Source: Octopus sinensis (lineage: Eukaryota). Taken from it: a stretch of DNA of 64,000 bases. The position numbers were made by a program, and so were the translations under genes. Below the pieces are notes generated by a model. The model was not told the DNA's origin and searched no databases. It was given only the letters and a program-made list of their open reading frames with translations. Shown piece by piece: positions 1 through 12,890 of this stretch. The DNA lies in contig NC_043001.1 of the NCBI RefSeq assembly GCF_006345805.1, forward strand, positions 125,674,001 to 125,738,000, written 5' to 3'. Numbering within the stretch: the stretch's first letter is position 1; each line of letters opens with the position of its first letter.

Positions 1-728
1 AGTAGCACATGTCACCAAAGTGACACTGGGGTACAAATATACGAAGCCCAATATACCCATCATGACTACCTGTCTAATAAGAGTACACTAAGCACATGCA
101 TCACAAGCATGACATGGTGATTTCATATCAAGATAAACAGCACATGGCCTTGCAAGGGAGAGGCTCAGTTAGAATTTTCTTCAAATCAAGTAGCCCATCC
201 TGCTCAAAAGGTTCATGAATAAGGTTTGTTTAAGGATGTTGAAAGAAGCACCCATGTTTCCAGAGATAAATTGTTCAAACCTTAAAGAATTCTCCTTCAC
301 AACTTCTGCTCATGTTCAGAGATGCACATATCATCAATCACATATCATGTGTCTGTGTTTGTACCCCACTAGTGCTTGACAACCAGTTTTAGTGTATTTA
401 TGTCCCTGTAACTGAACGGTTCAGCAAAAGAGACTGACAGAATAAGGACCAGACTTTAAAATAAGTACTGGGGTAGATTCGTTTGACTAAACTTCTTCAG
501 GACAGTGCCCCAGCATGGCCACAGTTTAATGACTGAAACAAGTAAAAGACAGATTATTTTTAAAGGTGGTTTGGCAGAAACATCTGAGCATCAGACACCT
601 GCAGTGTGTGGCTATAGCTCTACTTTCTCAGTTCAAATCCCACCAATGTCAACTTTGCTTTTCATCTTTCTAGGGTCCAAAAAAATAAAGTACCGGTAAA
701 ATACTGGGGTTGATGGTATTTATTAAAC

Positions 729-1145
729 GCCGGAGAGCTGGCAGAAACGTTAGTACGTCGGGCGAAATGCTTAGCGGTATTTCGTCTGCCGTTAAGTTGT
801 GAGTTCAAATTCCGCCGAGGTCGACTTTACCTTTCATCCTTTCAGGGTAGATAAATTAAGTACCAGTTATGCACTGGGGTCGATGTAATCAACTTAATCT
901 GTTTGTCTGTCCTTGTTTGACCTCTCTGTGAGTAGCCCCCTGTGGGTAGTAAAGAAATAGGTATTTCGTCTGCTGTTACGTTCTGAGTTCAAATTCCGCC
1001 AAGGTCGACTTTGCCTTTCATCCTTTCGGGGTCGATTAAGTAAGTACCAGTTACGCACTGGAGTCGATGTAATCGACTTAATACCTATGTCTGTCCTTGT
1101 TTGTCCCCTCTATATTTAGCCCCTTGTGGGTAATAAAGAAAGAGG
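729..1145 (+). mobile_element. SINE (family A; head plus duplicated body; Deu/Nin-like gcctttcatcctttcggggtcgataaa domain)
   Basis: Head ggagagctggcagaaacgttag and B-box-like gagttcaaattcc. The same sequence recurs more than 10 times in the window. Confidence 0.8.
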
Positions 1146-1444
1146 TATTTATTAACCCCTTCCCTCAAAATTACATACCTTTTTCCTAAATTAGAAACTA
1201 TTACTAAAAAGGTGGTGATCTGATAGAATCATTAGCTCATGAAACAAAATGCTTCGTGGTATTAGTTCCAGTTTTGTATGTTCTGAGTTCAAATCCCACA
1301 TTGGTCAACTCTGCCTTTCAGCCTTTTGGGGGTTGATAAAATAAAGTACCAGTAATAAGTACCTGCTATGTTCCCTACCTAAAAATTGCTGGCCTTATGC
1401 TTAAATTAAAAACAATTATTGTTGTTGTTGTTGTTGTTGTTGTT

Positions 1445-1810
1445 ATTATTATTATTATTATTGAGAGAGAGAGTAGCACATGTCACCAAAGTGACACTGG
1501 GGTACAAATATACGAAGCCCAATATACCCATCATGACTACCTGTCTAATAAGAGTACACTAAGCACATGCATCACAAGCATGACATGGTGATTTCATATC
1601 AGATAAACAGCACATGGCCTTGCAAGGGAGAGGCTCAGTTAGAATTTTCTTCAAATCAAGTAGCCCTCCTGCTCAAAAGGTTCATGAATAAGGTTTGTTT
1701 AAGGATGTTGAAAGAAGCACCCATGTTTCCAGAGATAAATTGTTCAAACCTTAAAGAATTCTCCTTCACAACTTCTGCTCATGTTCAGAGATGCACATAT
1801 CATCAATCAC
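1445..1810 (-). mobile_element. 3' end of a non-LTR retroposon with (AAT)n tail (family unassigned; second copy at 1-330)
   Basis: Minus strand ends ...gtgctactctctctctcaataataat, a tail-like microsatellite. The body is repeated at 1-330. Confidence 0.55.
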
Positions 1811-2197
1811 ATATCATGTGTCTGTGTTTGTACCCCACTAGTGCTTGACAACCAGTTTTAGTGTATTTATGTCCCTGTAACTGAACGGTTCAGCAAAAGA
1901 GACTGACAGAATAAGGACCAGACTTTAAAATAAGTACTGGGGTAGATTCGTTTGACTAAAATTCTTCAGGATAGTGCCCCAGCATGGCCACAGTTTAATG
2001 ACTGAAACAAGTAAAAGACAGATTATTTTTAAAGGTGGTTTGGCAGAAACATCTGAGCATCAGACACCTGCAGTGTGTGGCTATAGCTCTACTTTCTCAG
2101 TTCAAATCCCACCAATGTCAACTTTGCTTTTCATCTTTCTAGGGTCCAAAAAAATAAAGTACTGGTAAAATACTGGGGTTGATGGTATTTATTAAAC

Positions 2198-2615
2198 GGC
2201 GGAGAGCTGGCAGAAACGTTAGCACGTCGGGTGAAATGCTTAGCGGTATTTCGTCTGCAGTTAAGTTGTGAGTTCAAATTCCGCCGAGGTCGACTTTACC
2301 TTTCATCCTTTCAGGGTAGATAAATTAAGTACCAGTTACGCACTGGGGTCGATGTAATCTACTTAATCCGTTTGTCTGTCCTTGTTTGACCTCTCTGTGT
2401 GTAGCCCCTTGTGGGTAGTAAAGAAATAGGTATTTCGTCTGCTGTTACGTTCTGAGTTCAAATTCCGCCGAGGTCGACTTTGCCTTTCATCCTTTCGGGG
2501 TCGATTAAGTAAGTACCACTTACGCACTGGAGTCGATGTAATCGACTTAATACCTATGTCTGTCCTTGTTTGTCCCCTCTATGTTTAGCCCCTTGTGGGT
2601 AATAAAGAAATAGGT
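2198..2615 (+). mobile_element. SINE family A (copy within the duplicated block)
   Basis: Near-identical to 729-1145. Confidence 0.8.
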
Positions 2616-3223
2616 ATTTATTAACCCCTTCCCTCAAAATTACGTACCTTTTTCCTAAATTAGAAACTATTACTAAAAAGGCGGTGATCTGATAGAATCA
2701 TTAGCTCATGAAACAAAATGCTTCGTGGTATTAGTTCCAGCTTTGTATGTTCTGAGTTCAAATCCCACATAGGTCAACTCTGCCTTTTAGCCTTTTGGGG
2801 GTTGATAAAATAAAGTACCAGTAATAAGTACCTGCTATGTTCCCTACCTAAAAATTGCTGGCCTTATGCTTAAATTAAAAACAATTATTGTTGTTGTTAT
2901 TGTTTTTGTTGCTGCTGCTATTATTTCTGTTACTGTCATTATTTGATTTTAATTATTTTCCTATCTCATTTTGTATTTAGTAAAAGCAAAAAAAAAAAAA
3001 AAAAAAATTAGTAAAAATTGAAAAAAATAATAATAGAATAAAAAACAGAAACAGAAACATGGTAAATAAAAAATTAAAAAATAAAACATTTACAAAACCT
3101 TTATTCATTTATTTATTTAACAGTAAAGGAAATAATGGAATAATTCAAATGAATTAAAGGCTATAATTATTTTGCTAGAGTTTTTCAAATTATTCTTGAT
3201 GAGTTTCCTGAATTAGATGGGAA

Positions 3224-3297
<74 letters not shown>

Positions 3298-4187
3298 TGA
3301 TGATGATGATGATGATAATAATAATAATAATAATGGTTTCAAATTTTATCACAAAGGCAGTAATTTTGTAAGAGGGGATATGTTGATTTCATCAACCCCA
3401 GTGGTGGTGGTGGTGGTGGTGGGGGTTGCAGCGGCAGTGATGGAGGGGTGGGGGTGGTCATTATCATATTTGCTAGATTCCCTTGTTCGAAAATATAAGG
3501 ACACAGATCGTGTCATATAGCTAGCTGGAGATGATGTCCCCTGGGGCTAAATTACTGCAACATTCGTCCTAAACCAGGACTACCATGTTATATTGGTAAA
3601 CAATCTTTACTCCAAAGTACTGTTGCTGATATCTCTTATTGTGAGATTTAAAAATAGTAATTTTCTAATTTATAGTTCAGTGACTTGAAAACTATATATT
3701 TCAAATGGGAATTTGGCAGCGCCACTTCTAGCTGAACAATTATTCTGTGCTGATGAAGGGAAATAACCTGGAAATCATGGTACACAGATATTGTTTTGAG
3801 CTGAGTGGGAGTGCTAGATTCCTTTGTTCGAAAATATAAGGACACAGATCATGTCATATAGCCAGCTGGAGACGATGTCTCCTGGGGCCAAATTACAGCA
3901 ACATTCGTCCTAAACCAGGACTGCCATGTTATATCTCTCGTTGTGAGATTTAAAAAAGTAATTTTCTAAAACAAGATATATCAAAATTAATAATGAAGAT
4001 CAGAGAAATTCCCAATTCTGATGATGTTTCCATTTCAGATTCTTCACTTTGATGATTATAGCACATCTCCATTTCTTCTGTTTCTGTTCAAAGCCAATGA
4101 GTTTTGAATCTTCCATGAGTTGGAGCTCTTGGTTCAAGGCAGGCCTTGAAGCTCCACATTTAGTGGATCATTAAGATATAGTACAGT

Positions 4188-4369
4188 ATTTCGTCTGCCG
4201 TTACATTCTGAGTTCAAATTCCGCCGAGGTCGACTTTGCCTTTCATCCTTTCGGGGTCGATAAATTAAGTACCAGTTACGTACTGGGTCGATATAATCGA
4301 ATTACTCCATCAGTCCTTGTTTGTCCCCTCTGTGTTTAGCCCCTAGTGGGTAGTAAAAAAAAAAAAAAA
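4188..4369 (+). mobile_element. 5'-truncated SINE family A with poly(A) tail and 15-bp TSD
   Basis: TSD aagatatagtacagt at 4173-4187 and 4370-4384; A-tract at the 3' end. Confidence 0.88.
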
Positions 4370-4863
4370 AAGATATAGTACAGTGAAAAGTTACTCATTA
4401 CATTTTACCAACAGTCTGTCTTTTTTTTGTTGTCTTTGTGTTCTGATGTCATCTCTTTCGTAATCAAATTCTCATCCGAAAAATTTGCATGCATTTGGTG
4501 TATCTTACAACAGCTCACTGTTGGCCTTACAAAATTCTATGAACTTTATTTTAGTCAAGAAGGAGATAGGCCCCCACTTCACAGGAGATAAGCTCCCCTT
4601 CACAGAAGATGAACTCCTCTTTATGAGAGTCAGGTTGCCCTTCACAAGATATAGGTTCCTCATCACACTTCACATTTGTCCTTTAAATCTATTTCCTTGG
4701 ACCATTTTTTTCTCTTTATTGTATCAATTTTCTATCTCCCTCTTAGGAATAAAGGAACCCATTGAGCTTCATCAGGCTCATTCCTTACAACGGAATGGAA
4801 AGGTACTGCTGGAAGAAGGGAGGAGCTTTATGCTTTTGTTATTGCTGCTATTAACTATTCTCT

Positions 4864-5350
4864 CACTAAGCGAAAAGTGTAACCTCTCGAAAGAGCTGTT
4901 CTTCACTCCTGCTCCAGAGCATCAGCTGCGGGGTCACTCTGAAAAGCTCTATCTGCGATGATTTCATCTCAATCGAAGGAGAGGGGCTTTCTCTGTCCGG
5001 GACCTGGTGCAGCTCTCTGGCTTGCCAGTTCCTGTAAAACCGTCCACCCCATACCAGCATGGAAAACAGATGTTAAATGATGATGATGATGATGATGATG
5101 CTAGTGAAAGGATGGTGAAATACTGGATATAGAGTTTGTGAGGCCCTAAACTAATAAGCTGCCGGACGAGATAGTGAAGATGCCGACAACCGCTCGGTTC
5201 AAAGTCTCTCTTGACCAGAAATGGCCTGAACTCTTTGCTTGAACACCCTCCCTGTACATAACTCCATGTCCCCCTACATGACCTTGCTTTTTTGCTTTTT
5301 GAGCCAAAAAATTAACTTAACTTAACTTAACTAACTTAACTTAACTTAAC
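4864..5350 (+). mobile_element. CR1-clade LINE 3' fragment, interrupted by a 158-bp templated insertion
   Basis: ORF end LRGHSEKLYLR...WNKLPDEIV is typical of CR1 RT C-termini. (AACTT)n tail. An uninterrupted sister copy is at 47886-48145. Confidence 0.85.
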
Positions 5351-6111
5351 TCTCTCTATCGCTTTCTCACTTTCACCAGCAGTTGTGATTAGGGAATAGG
5401 TTGTTTGGCTTCTTGGTTAATTCCTGGTAATGAGATTGAGGTGATCTACTGTGACATCTTCAAGGCTGCACTCAAAGCTGCATTTGGAGTCACTGCATCT
5501 GTGATTTACAACTGCTGTTGCAGTTTTTACTCTTTGAAAAATTACAGAACATCCTTAAATGATTTACATTTCTGCATGTGTAGCAGTTTGTCTTTTTGCC
5601 TAAACCCTTTCTCTTGGAACTCTCTATAGCACAAGGCCCTTAGACTGTTTTGAGACTAATTTCCATGGGAAATTTTAGGAAACTGTTCAAGTAACATAAC
5701 CTTAAAGAAATTGTAGCTGCACCACTAAGAGGAAACAACTTATATCCCATAAACCAACCAAAACTATTGGCATTAGATGCTTACAGAGAAACAACAGTAC
5801 ATGAATGCTGAATGGATCATGCAATATGAAACCATAAGGAGTTAAATCAACTGACTCAAACTCAGAATTTCGTTGGAAAATTACAGGTGAGTAGTTGATT
5901 TCAGGAAACTCAGTACCTGAATCTGAAATGATGAAAGGCAAAGTTGATCTCACTGGGATTTGAACTAAGAATGTAATACACATGAACAAATACTGCTCTA
6001 ATGATTCAACCAACCCAAATAATATTAACTATACACCCACCTCAGGAATAGAATAATAAAGTGAAGAACTTAATGTAACATGATACAAAATAAAATATAA
6101 AATAACTAGTG

Positions 6112-6144
<33 letters not shown>

Positions 6145-6159
6145 ATATATATATATGAC

Positions 6160-6347
6160 GCCATGATAGATCGTTAGCTCCTACACGTATTTTTTTCTCT
6201 CCTTGTTTTTTTCTGTGTATCTTTCTGTCGAAGGGCGTAGGCTCGAAACGTAAAAGACTTTTTCTATTCCTGAGTGCTATACTAATATATTTGTTTGTTT
6301 GTACTCCACCTGCCTTCGTCTTTTGCTTATTTTCGTAAACCTTCCCG

Positions 6348-6348
<1 letters not shown>
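6160..6348 (+). mobile_element. Penelope-like pLTR remnant between (TA)n tracts
   Basis: Contains a minimal hammerhead-like fold at 6220-6257. The Penelope assignment is inferred from that motif. Confidence 0.55.
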
Positions 6349-6391
<43 letters not shown>

Positions 6392-8744
6392 ATCTAAAAC
6401 CATGCACATGTGTATTCAAATTTGTGCAGAAATATCATATAGATGTGTGAGAGTGTATATGAGAGTGTGTGTACATGTGTGTGTGTGTGTGTATGTGTGT
6501 GTATATAAATATATATCCATACATATATAACATATAGGCATTTGTTTGTATGTATGTGTGCGTGTATGTGTGTGTATGTGTGTATGTGTATGTGTGTGCG
6601 TACGCGCATGCATGTGTGTGTGTGTGTATCTGCATGCGAGTGTGTGTGTTTATGTGTACATGTCAATGACCAGACAAACTGGCAAGCATGTGCATGCACA
6701 TGCATACGTGCACGCACGTGCATACGTGCATGCACGCAGGTGAATAGAAAGAAACTGGTAATAGTGTCACAATGAATTGAATCCGATGAACTGTAATAAA
6801 ACATATACACCCACTATCCATTATTTATTCAGTTGGCAAAATGATAAAATAAACACAACAGTAACAGCAACAAAATCATCATCAACAATAACAAAATCAA
6901 TATTAATTACAATTACAAACAACAAGAATATAGTAATAAATATCATCACCATCATCATCATCACCGTTTCACATCCGTTTTCCATGCTGGCTTGAGTCGG
7001 AGGGTTGAACAGGAACTGTTGAGCCAGTGAACTGAACCAAGCTCTGCTGTCTACATTAGTATAGTTTCTACAGCTGCATACCTCTCCTATTGCCAACCAC
7101 TTTACTGTGTGTACTGGGTGCTTTTTATGTAGCACCAGCATCAGTGACGTCACCAAGTATCTTGCAAGAGAAAGGTCCTGCTCTGTTAAGTTGGGTAGGG
7201 TTTTGCAGGAGGTGGCTTTGTGCCAGGGGATGAGAAGTTAAAATATGATAGAGATGATGCATATGATTAGTGGGAAAATTTTCCCTCTGAAGGTGTTTAA
7301 AATCAGAAACAACACTCAAGGAATTAGATCTGGTCTTTAAAACCAACTAGTGAATATAATGAACATGTTTTGGTTCTAGCAGACCATTTTGCTGAAGCAC
7401 AATAGTAGTGATAGTCCAGTGTCTGTCTACTAAATCCACTCACAAGGCTTTGGTCAGATTGAGGCTGTAATAGAAAATATTTATCCAAGATGCCACACAG
7501 TAGGACTGAACCCAGAAACATGTGGTTGAGAAGCAAACTTTTTACCATGTAGCCAAGCATGTGTCTATGATAAATATAATGAAAATTTTGCATAACTTTG
7601 TTATGAACTGTCAATGAGGAATAAATTAACAAAAGTTTGATGGAAGGCTTTAATTTACATGAGTTTAAAACAGGAAGTTTATATCAAGGGACCAGTAGTG
7701 GTTTCTGGTGAAGTGGTATGAAAAGGGGTAACTGAACTAATATAAGAATAAAGGACTGGTATTGAAGATTAGGAAGATACCAACCTGCTTTTGTGGTTCC
7801 CTTGCCAAGGTTGGCCCTAATAAAGCATTCATCATAGAAATACACCAGAATTGTATGTATATTGATAGGAGATATTTCAGGAACCTTACAGAATTAATAG
7901 AGTAAGATACAATAGGATTACTATAGAATTATGAGAACATTGATTGAACTAGACATTATAAAAATGCTGTAGAATAATAAAACATTGATGAAGTTAGACA
8001 TCAAGGAAATATGACCTCTCTGGAAAAAAAAAACTTTTATTCACTCATTGATAAGTTCCACCTGTTTATTCAACACTCTAAAAGAACTGCATTCTGTGAA
8101 AATAATCGTTATTCTTTCATGAAATTCTTCAAAAGTCATACTTGAGCGTCTTATGAAACAATCTGACCTTTTGAAATGTCATCCAATACTAAAAATTCTG
8201 ACAAGGAAAAAATTTGAATTCAATCCATTAGATTTGGGAAAAGAAAGATTGAAATAATGTTTCATATATTTTTATAATATATAAACAGCTTTCCGATTAT
8301 TCCGGATGTACATAAAGAGTTCTGTCATTTTAATTGTAGTTATTGGGATTCTTTAAGATAGAGATTAGACAAAACAATTTATGCCCCTCACTTGCAATGT
8401 TTCATACATTTTTATTATACATAAATGGCTTTTTGATTATTCCGGATGTATTTAAAGAGCTCCGTCCTGTTTGGTTGTAGTTAATGGGATTTTTTAAGAC
8501 AGAGATAAGACAGGATAATTTGCACTTTCACTTGCAATGTCTTCTTGTATATTTCTTTGATTTTGGCAGAAATATTTTTTTTACTTAGAAAATGTCTACT
8601 ACAATTTCTTTTTCATTTAATTAGATGAGAAGAAAGAATGCCTAAAACTTTTAGAATTCCTATCCAAACCCTCAGATTGAACTTCTGTTGGTTGGAATAA
8701 TTTCAAAGGGTCCGACAATGCTGTACCCGAAATATTTAGGGAAA

Positions 8745-9453
8745 CAGGTTTTGTTTAATGGAATACTATCAGTATTGAATTTCGAGTTTGTGAGGCCCTA
8801 AGTTTAGTTTTAAGTTTAAATTGGTCTCAAGACACTGAGCCTTATGAAGGAGATGACTAGGGACTGAGATATCAGGTGCACTGCTGTACTCAAGAAGACC
8901 CATCTTCCACAGCAGAATTGATACTGGTGTTGGTGCCACATAAAAAGCACTCATGCTGGTGCCATGCTAAAAGTACTAATGCAGGTTTTGTTTAATGGAA
9001 TACTATCAGTATTGAATTTCGAGTTTGTGAGGCCCTAAGTTTAGTTTTAAGTTTAAAGTGGTCTCAAGACACTGAGCCTTACGAAGAAAATGACTAGTGA
9101 CTGAGATATCAGGTGCACTGCTGTACTCAAGAAGACCCATCTTCCACAGCAGAATTGATACTGGTGTTGGTGCCACATAAAAAGCACTCATGCTGGTGCC
9201 ATGCTAAAAGTACTAATGCAGGTTTTGTTTAACGGAATACTATCAGTATTGAATTTCGAGTTTGTGAGGCCCTAAGTTTAGTTTTAAGTTTAAAGTGGTC
9301 TCAAGACACTGAGCCTTACGAAGAAAATGACTAGTGACTGAGATATCAGGTGCACTGCTGTACTCAAGAAGACCCATCTTCCACAGCAGAATTGATACTG
9401 GTGTTGGTGCCACATAAAAAGCACTCATGCTGGTGCCATACTAAAAGTACTAA
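8745..9453. repeat. Three tandem copies of a 237-bp unit
   Basis: caggttttgttt starts at 8745, 8982 and 9219. The 61-aa ORF repeats every 237 bp. Confidence 0.95.
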
Positions 9454-9711
9454 CGCTGGTGCTACATAAAAAAGCACCCCTTTACATCATGTGGAGTGGT
9501 TAGCATTAGGAAGGGCATCCAGCCATAAAAATCATGCCAAAGAAGACAATGGGACCTGGTGCAGCTCTCTGGCTTGCCAGTTCCTGTAAAGCTGTCCACC
9601 CCATACCAGCATGGAAAACAGATGTTAAATGATGATGATGATGGTGGTGGTGGTGGTGAAAGGATGGTGAAATACTGGATATAGAGTTTGTGAGGCCCTA
9701 AACTAATATAA

Positions 9712-10097
9712 GTGGAGGCGCAATGGCCCAGTGGTTAGGCAGCGGACTCGCGGTCATAGGATCGCGGTTTCGATTCCCAGACCGGGCGTTGTGAGTGTTT
9801 ATTGAGCGAAAACACCTAAAGCTCCACGAGGCTCTGGCAGGGGATGGTGGGGATCCCTGCTGTACTCTTTCACCACAACTTTCTCTCACTCTTACTTCCT
9901 GTTTCTGTCGTACCTGTATTTCAAAGGGCCAGCCTTGTCACTCTCTGTGTCACGCTGAATATCCCCGAGAACTACGTTAAGGGTGCACGTGTCTGTGGAG
10001 TGCTCAGCCACTTACACGCTAATTTCATGAGCAGGCTGTTCCGTTGATTCGGATCAACCGGAACCCTCATCGTCGTAACCTACGGAGTGCTTCCACC
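9712..10097 (+). mobile_element. Full-length tRNA-derived SINE (family C) with 12-bp TSD
   Basis: A box tggcccagtgg, B box gtttcgattcc. TSD aaactaatataa at 9700-9711 and 10098-10109. Confidence 0.9.
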
Positions 10098-10351
10098 AAA
10101 CTAATATAAAGCCTGAAGGCATCTTATTAAAAAATGACACCACAAAGTTTGCATTTTTTCACACACACACACACACACCTTGCAAGCATCCCCATCCCTA
10201 AGCTAATATTTTCAGGACTGATGGAGGAAGGGGAAAAATGTAACCTTTTAGCATTCAGATTACTCAGTCAAATGCAATATTTATTTATTTCCATTGTTTC
10301 GAATTAATCATGCATTATCTTATAGCCTCAAGATTTTCATAGTCATCATCA

Positions 10352-12890
10352 TCATCATCATCATCATCATCGTTTAACGTCCGTTCTCCATGCTAGCATA
10401 GGTTGGATGGTTCAACCGGGGATCAGGGAAGCCAGAAGGCTGCACCAGGCTCCAGTCTGATCTGGCAGTGTTTCTACAGCTGGATGCCCTTCCTAACGCC
10501 GACCACTCCGTGAGTGTAGTGGGTGCTTTTTACATGCCACCGGCACAGGTGCCAGGCAAGGCAGGCAATGGCCACGATCGGATTGGTGCTTTTTATGTCC
10601 CACCGGCACAGAAGCCAGTCAAGGCGGCACTGGCATTGGCCACGTTCGGATGGTGCTTTTTACATGCCACCGGCCCAGGGAGCACAACTACAGTTTCCAT
10701 TGATTTTTGATGTTGGTGTACTTGACTCAATAGATCTCCTCAAGCACAGGGTCGAAACGGTGTTTCTTTACATGCCACCAGCACAGGAGTCAGTCCAGCA
10801 GCACTGGCAACTGCCGGGTGCCAGTCATAGGATTGGTACAATTTCGTTTCCGATTTCACTTGCCCCAACAGGTCTTCACAAGCAGAGTTTAGTGTCCAAT
10901 GAAGGGAGGTTGGCATGGGTGCCAGTCGTCGGATGAGGTTCAATTTCGAATTCGATTTCGACTTCACTTGCCTCAACAGGTCTTCACATGTCCAAGGAAG
11001 GAAAGGCATGCATAAGTGGGCTGGCTACATCCCTGGCAAGGGACATGGGATGGACTCACTTGTCCTGCCGGGTCTTCTCATGCACAGCATATTTCCAAAG
11101 GTCTCGATCACTAGTCATTGCCTCGGTGAGGCCTAAAGTTCGAAGGTCGTGCTTCACCACCTCGTCTCAGGTTTTCCTCGGTCTACCTCTTCCACAGGTT
11201 TCCTCAATCATTAGGAATTGACACTTTTTCACACACCTATCTTCATCCATTCTCACCACATAATCATACCAGCGCAATAGTCTCTCTTGCACACCACAGC
11301 TGATGCTTCTTAGGTCCAACTTTTCTCTCAAGGTACTTACACTCTGTCGAGTATGTACACTGACATTACACATCCATACTGGCTTCATACCTCGTGAGCT
11401 TATGCATGTCCTCAGTAGTCACGGCCCATGTTTCACTGCCACGTAGCATGGGTGTTCGTACACATACGTCATACAGTCTGCTTTTTACTCTGAGCGAGAG
11501 GCCTTTAGTCACCAGCAGAAGTAAGAGCTCCTTGAACTTTGCCCAGGCTATTCTTACACTAGCAGTTACACTTTCAGCACACCCACCCCTGCTACTGACT
11601 TGGTCACCTAGGTAACAGAAGCTATCAACTACTTCTAGTTTTTTCACCTGGAAAGTGACGGAAGTTGGTCTCAGAGCATTTTCAGTGTTTATTGCTCCTG
11701 AGCATCTGCCACATACAAAACTATCTTCCCAGTTAGCCTTCCTTTGACATTGCTGCACCTTTTATGTGTCCATAGCTTACACTGGGTACATCTTACAGAG
11801 TTTCTACCTACGCCTTTTCTACAGATTGAGCAGGGCCATCTACCTGAAGGCGTTTGTGGTTTGTCTACCTTCCTACTTCTAAGGACTTTGGTTTTAGCTA
11901 GGTTGACTCTAAGGCCCTTCGATTCTAATCCTTGCTTCCACACCTGAAACTTCTCCTCCAGTTCTGATAGTGACTCAGCAATTAGAGCAAGGTCGTCAAC
12001 ATAGAGGAGCTCCCAGGGGCATCCTGTCTTGAATTCCTCCGTATTGCCTGGAGGACTATGATAAATAGGAGGGGCTGAGAACTGAACCCTGGTGGACCCC
12101 AACCTCCACCTTGAATTCTTCAGTGAACACGTTGCCAACCCTTACCTTACTTACAGCGTCCCTGTACATGGCTTGCACAGCTCTCACTAACCATTCATCT
12201 ATCCCTAGTTTCCTCATTGACCACCAGATAAGGGATCGGGGGACCCTGTCGAAGGCTTTCTCCATGTCAATGAAAGCCAGGTACAGGGGCTTATCTTTGG
12301 CTAGGTATTTCTCCTGCAGCTGTCTCACCAGAAATCTGGCATCAGTGGTGCTTTTCCCTGGCATGAAACCAAACTGCATCTCATCCAAGTTGACTCTCTC
12401 CCTAATCAGTTGGGCTATGACCCTCTCCGTAACCTTCATTACCTGATCCAACAGCTTGATACCTCTGTAATTATTTGTATTTAGGGCATCACCTTTACCT
12501 TTGTAGCAGTTTACTATTATGCTGCCTCACCAGTCATTGGGTAATACTCCTTCGTGTCTCACCTGGTTAACTATCCAGGTGACTAGGCTATAGCCGACAC
12601 TGCCAGATATTTTGAGCATCTCTGCAGTAATTCCTAATGGGCCAGGGCTTTCCCTGTCTTCATGCTTCTAATTGCCTTAACTACCAAAGAACTGTCAACT
12701 CGGAGAGCTGGTCCCTCAGTTGGATCAACATTCGGCAGACTCTCTTTATCCCATTCATTTTCTTTATTCAGCAACCTTTCATAGTGGCGTCTCCAAACCT
12801 CTCTCTTTGCATCCTCATTTAGCGCAAGTGAACCATCATCCATGCGAACACATTTCTCTCCTACCACATCACGATTTTTGGTGAAATTAT
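10352..12890 (-). mobile_element. RTE-clade LINE, 5'-truncated and frameshifted, with 3' UTR and (GAT)n tail
   Basis: RT motifs LYLAFIDMEKAFDRVP, GVHQGSVLSP and LLYVDDL in broken ORFs. The tail is seen as (CAT)n at ~10345-10372. Confidence 0.95.

Larger units (their letters stand above)
1..2895. repeat. Tandem duplication of a ~1.47-kb block of repeat remnants
   Basis: Position 1 recurs at 1472 (agtagcacatgtcacc). An identical 64-aa ORF occurs at 505 and 1974. Copies differ by scattered substitutions, and the junction lies in a (TTG)/(TTA) microsatellite. Confidence 0.92.

Noticed and set aside
5800-5892. Strong plus-strand donor CAG|gtgagt at 5886/5887
   Set aside because: No upstream acceptor with a polypyrimidine tract, and an in-frame stop lies close upstream.
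4530-5949. Minus-strand frame with many TAA/TAG but no TGA (could suggest a Gln-rich pseudogene or ciliate-code DNA)
   Set aside because: The frame across the CR1 insertion was chosen by hand, the upstream half is not protein-like, and a TGA-free run of this length is plausible by chance among many frames.
9712-9790. tRNA-like A/B boxes here and in family B copies as tRNA genes
   Set aside because: They continue into SINE bodies with TSDs or tails, and no complete cloverleaf was seen.
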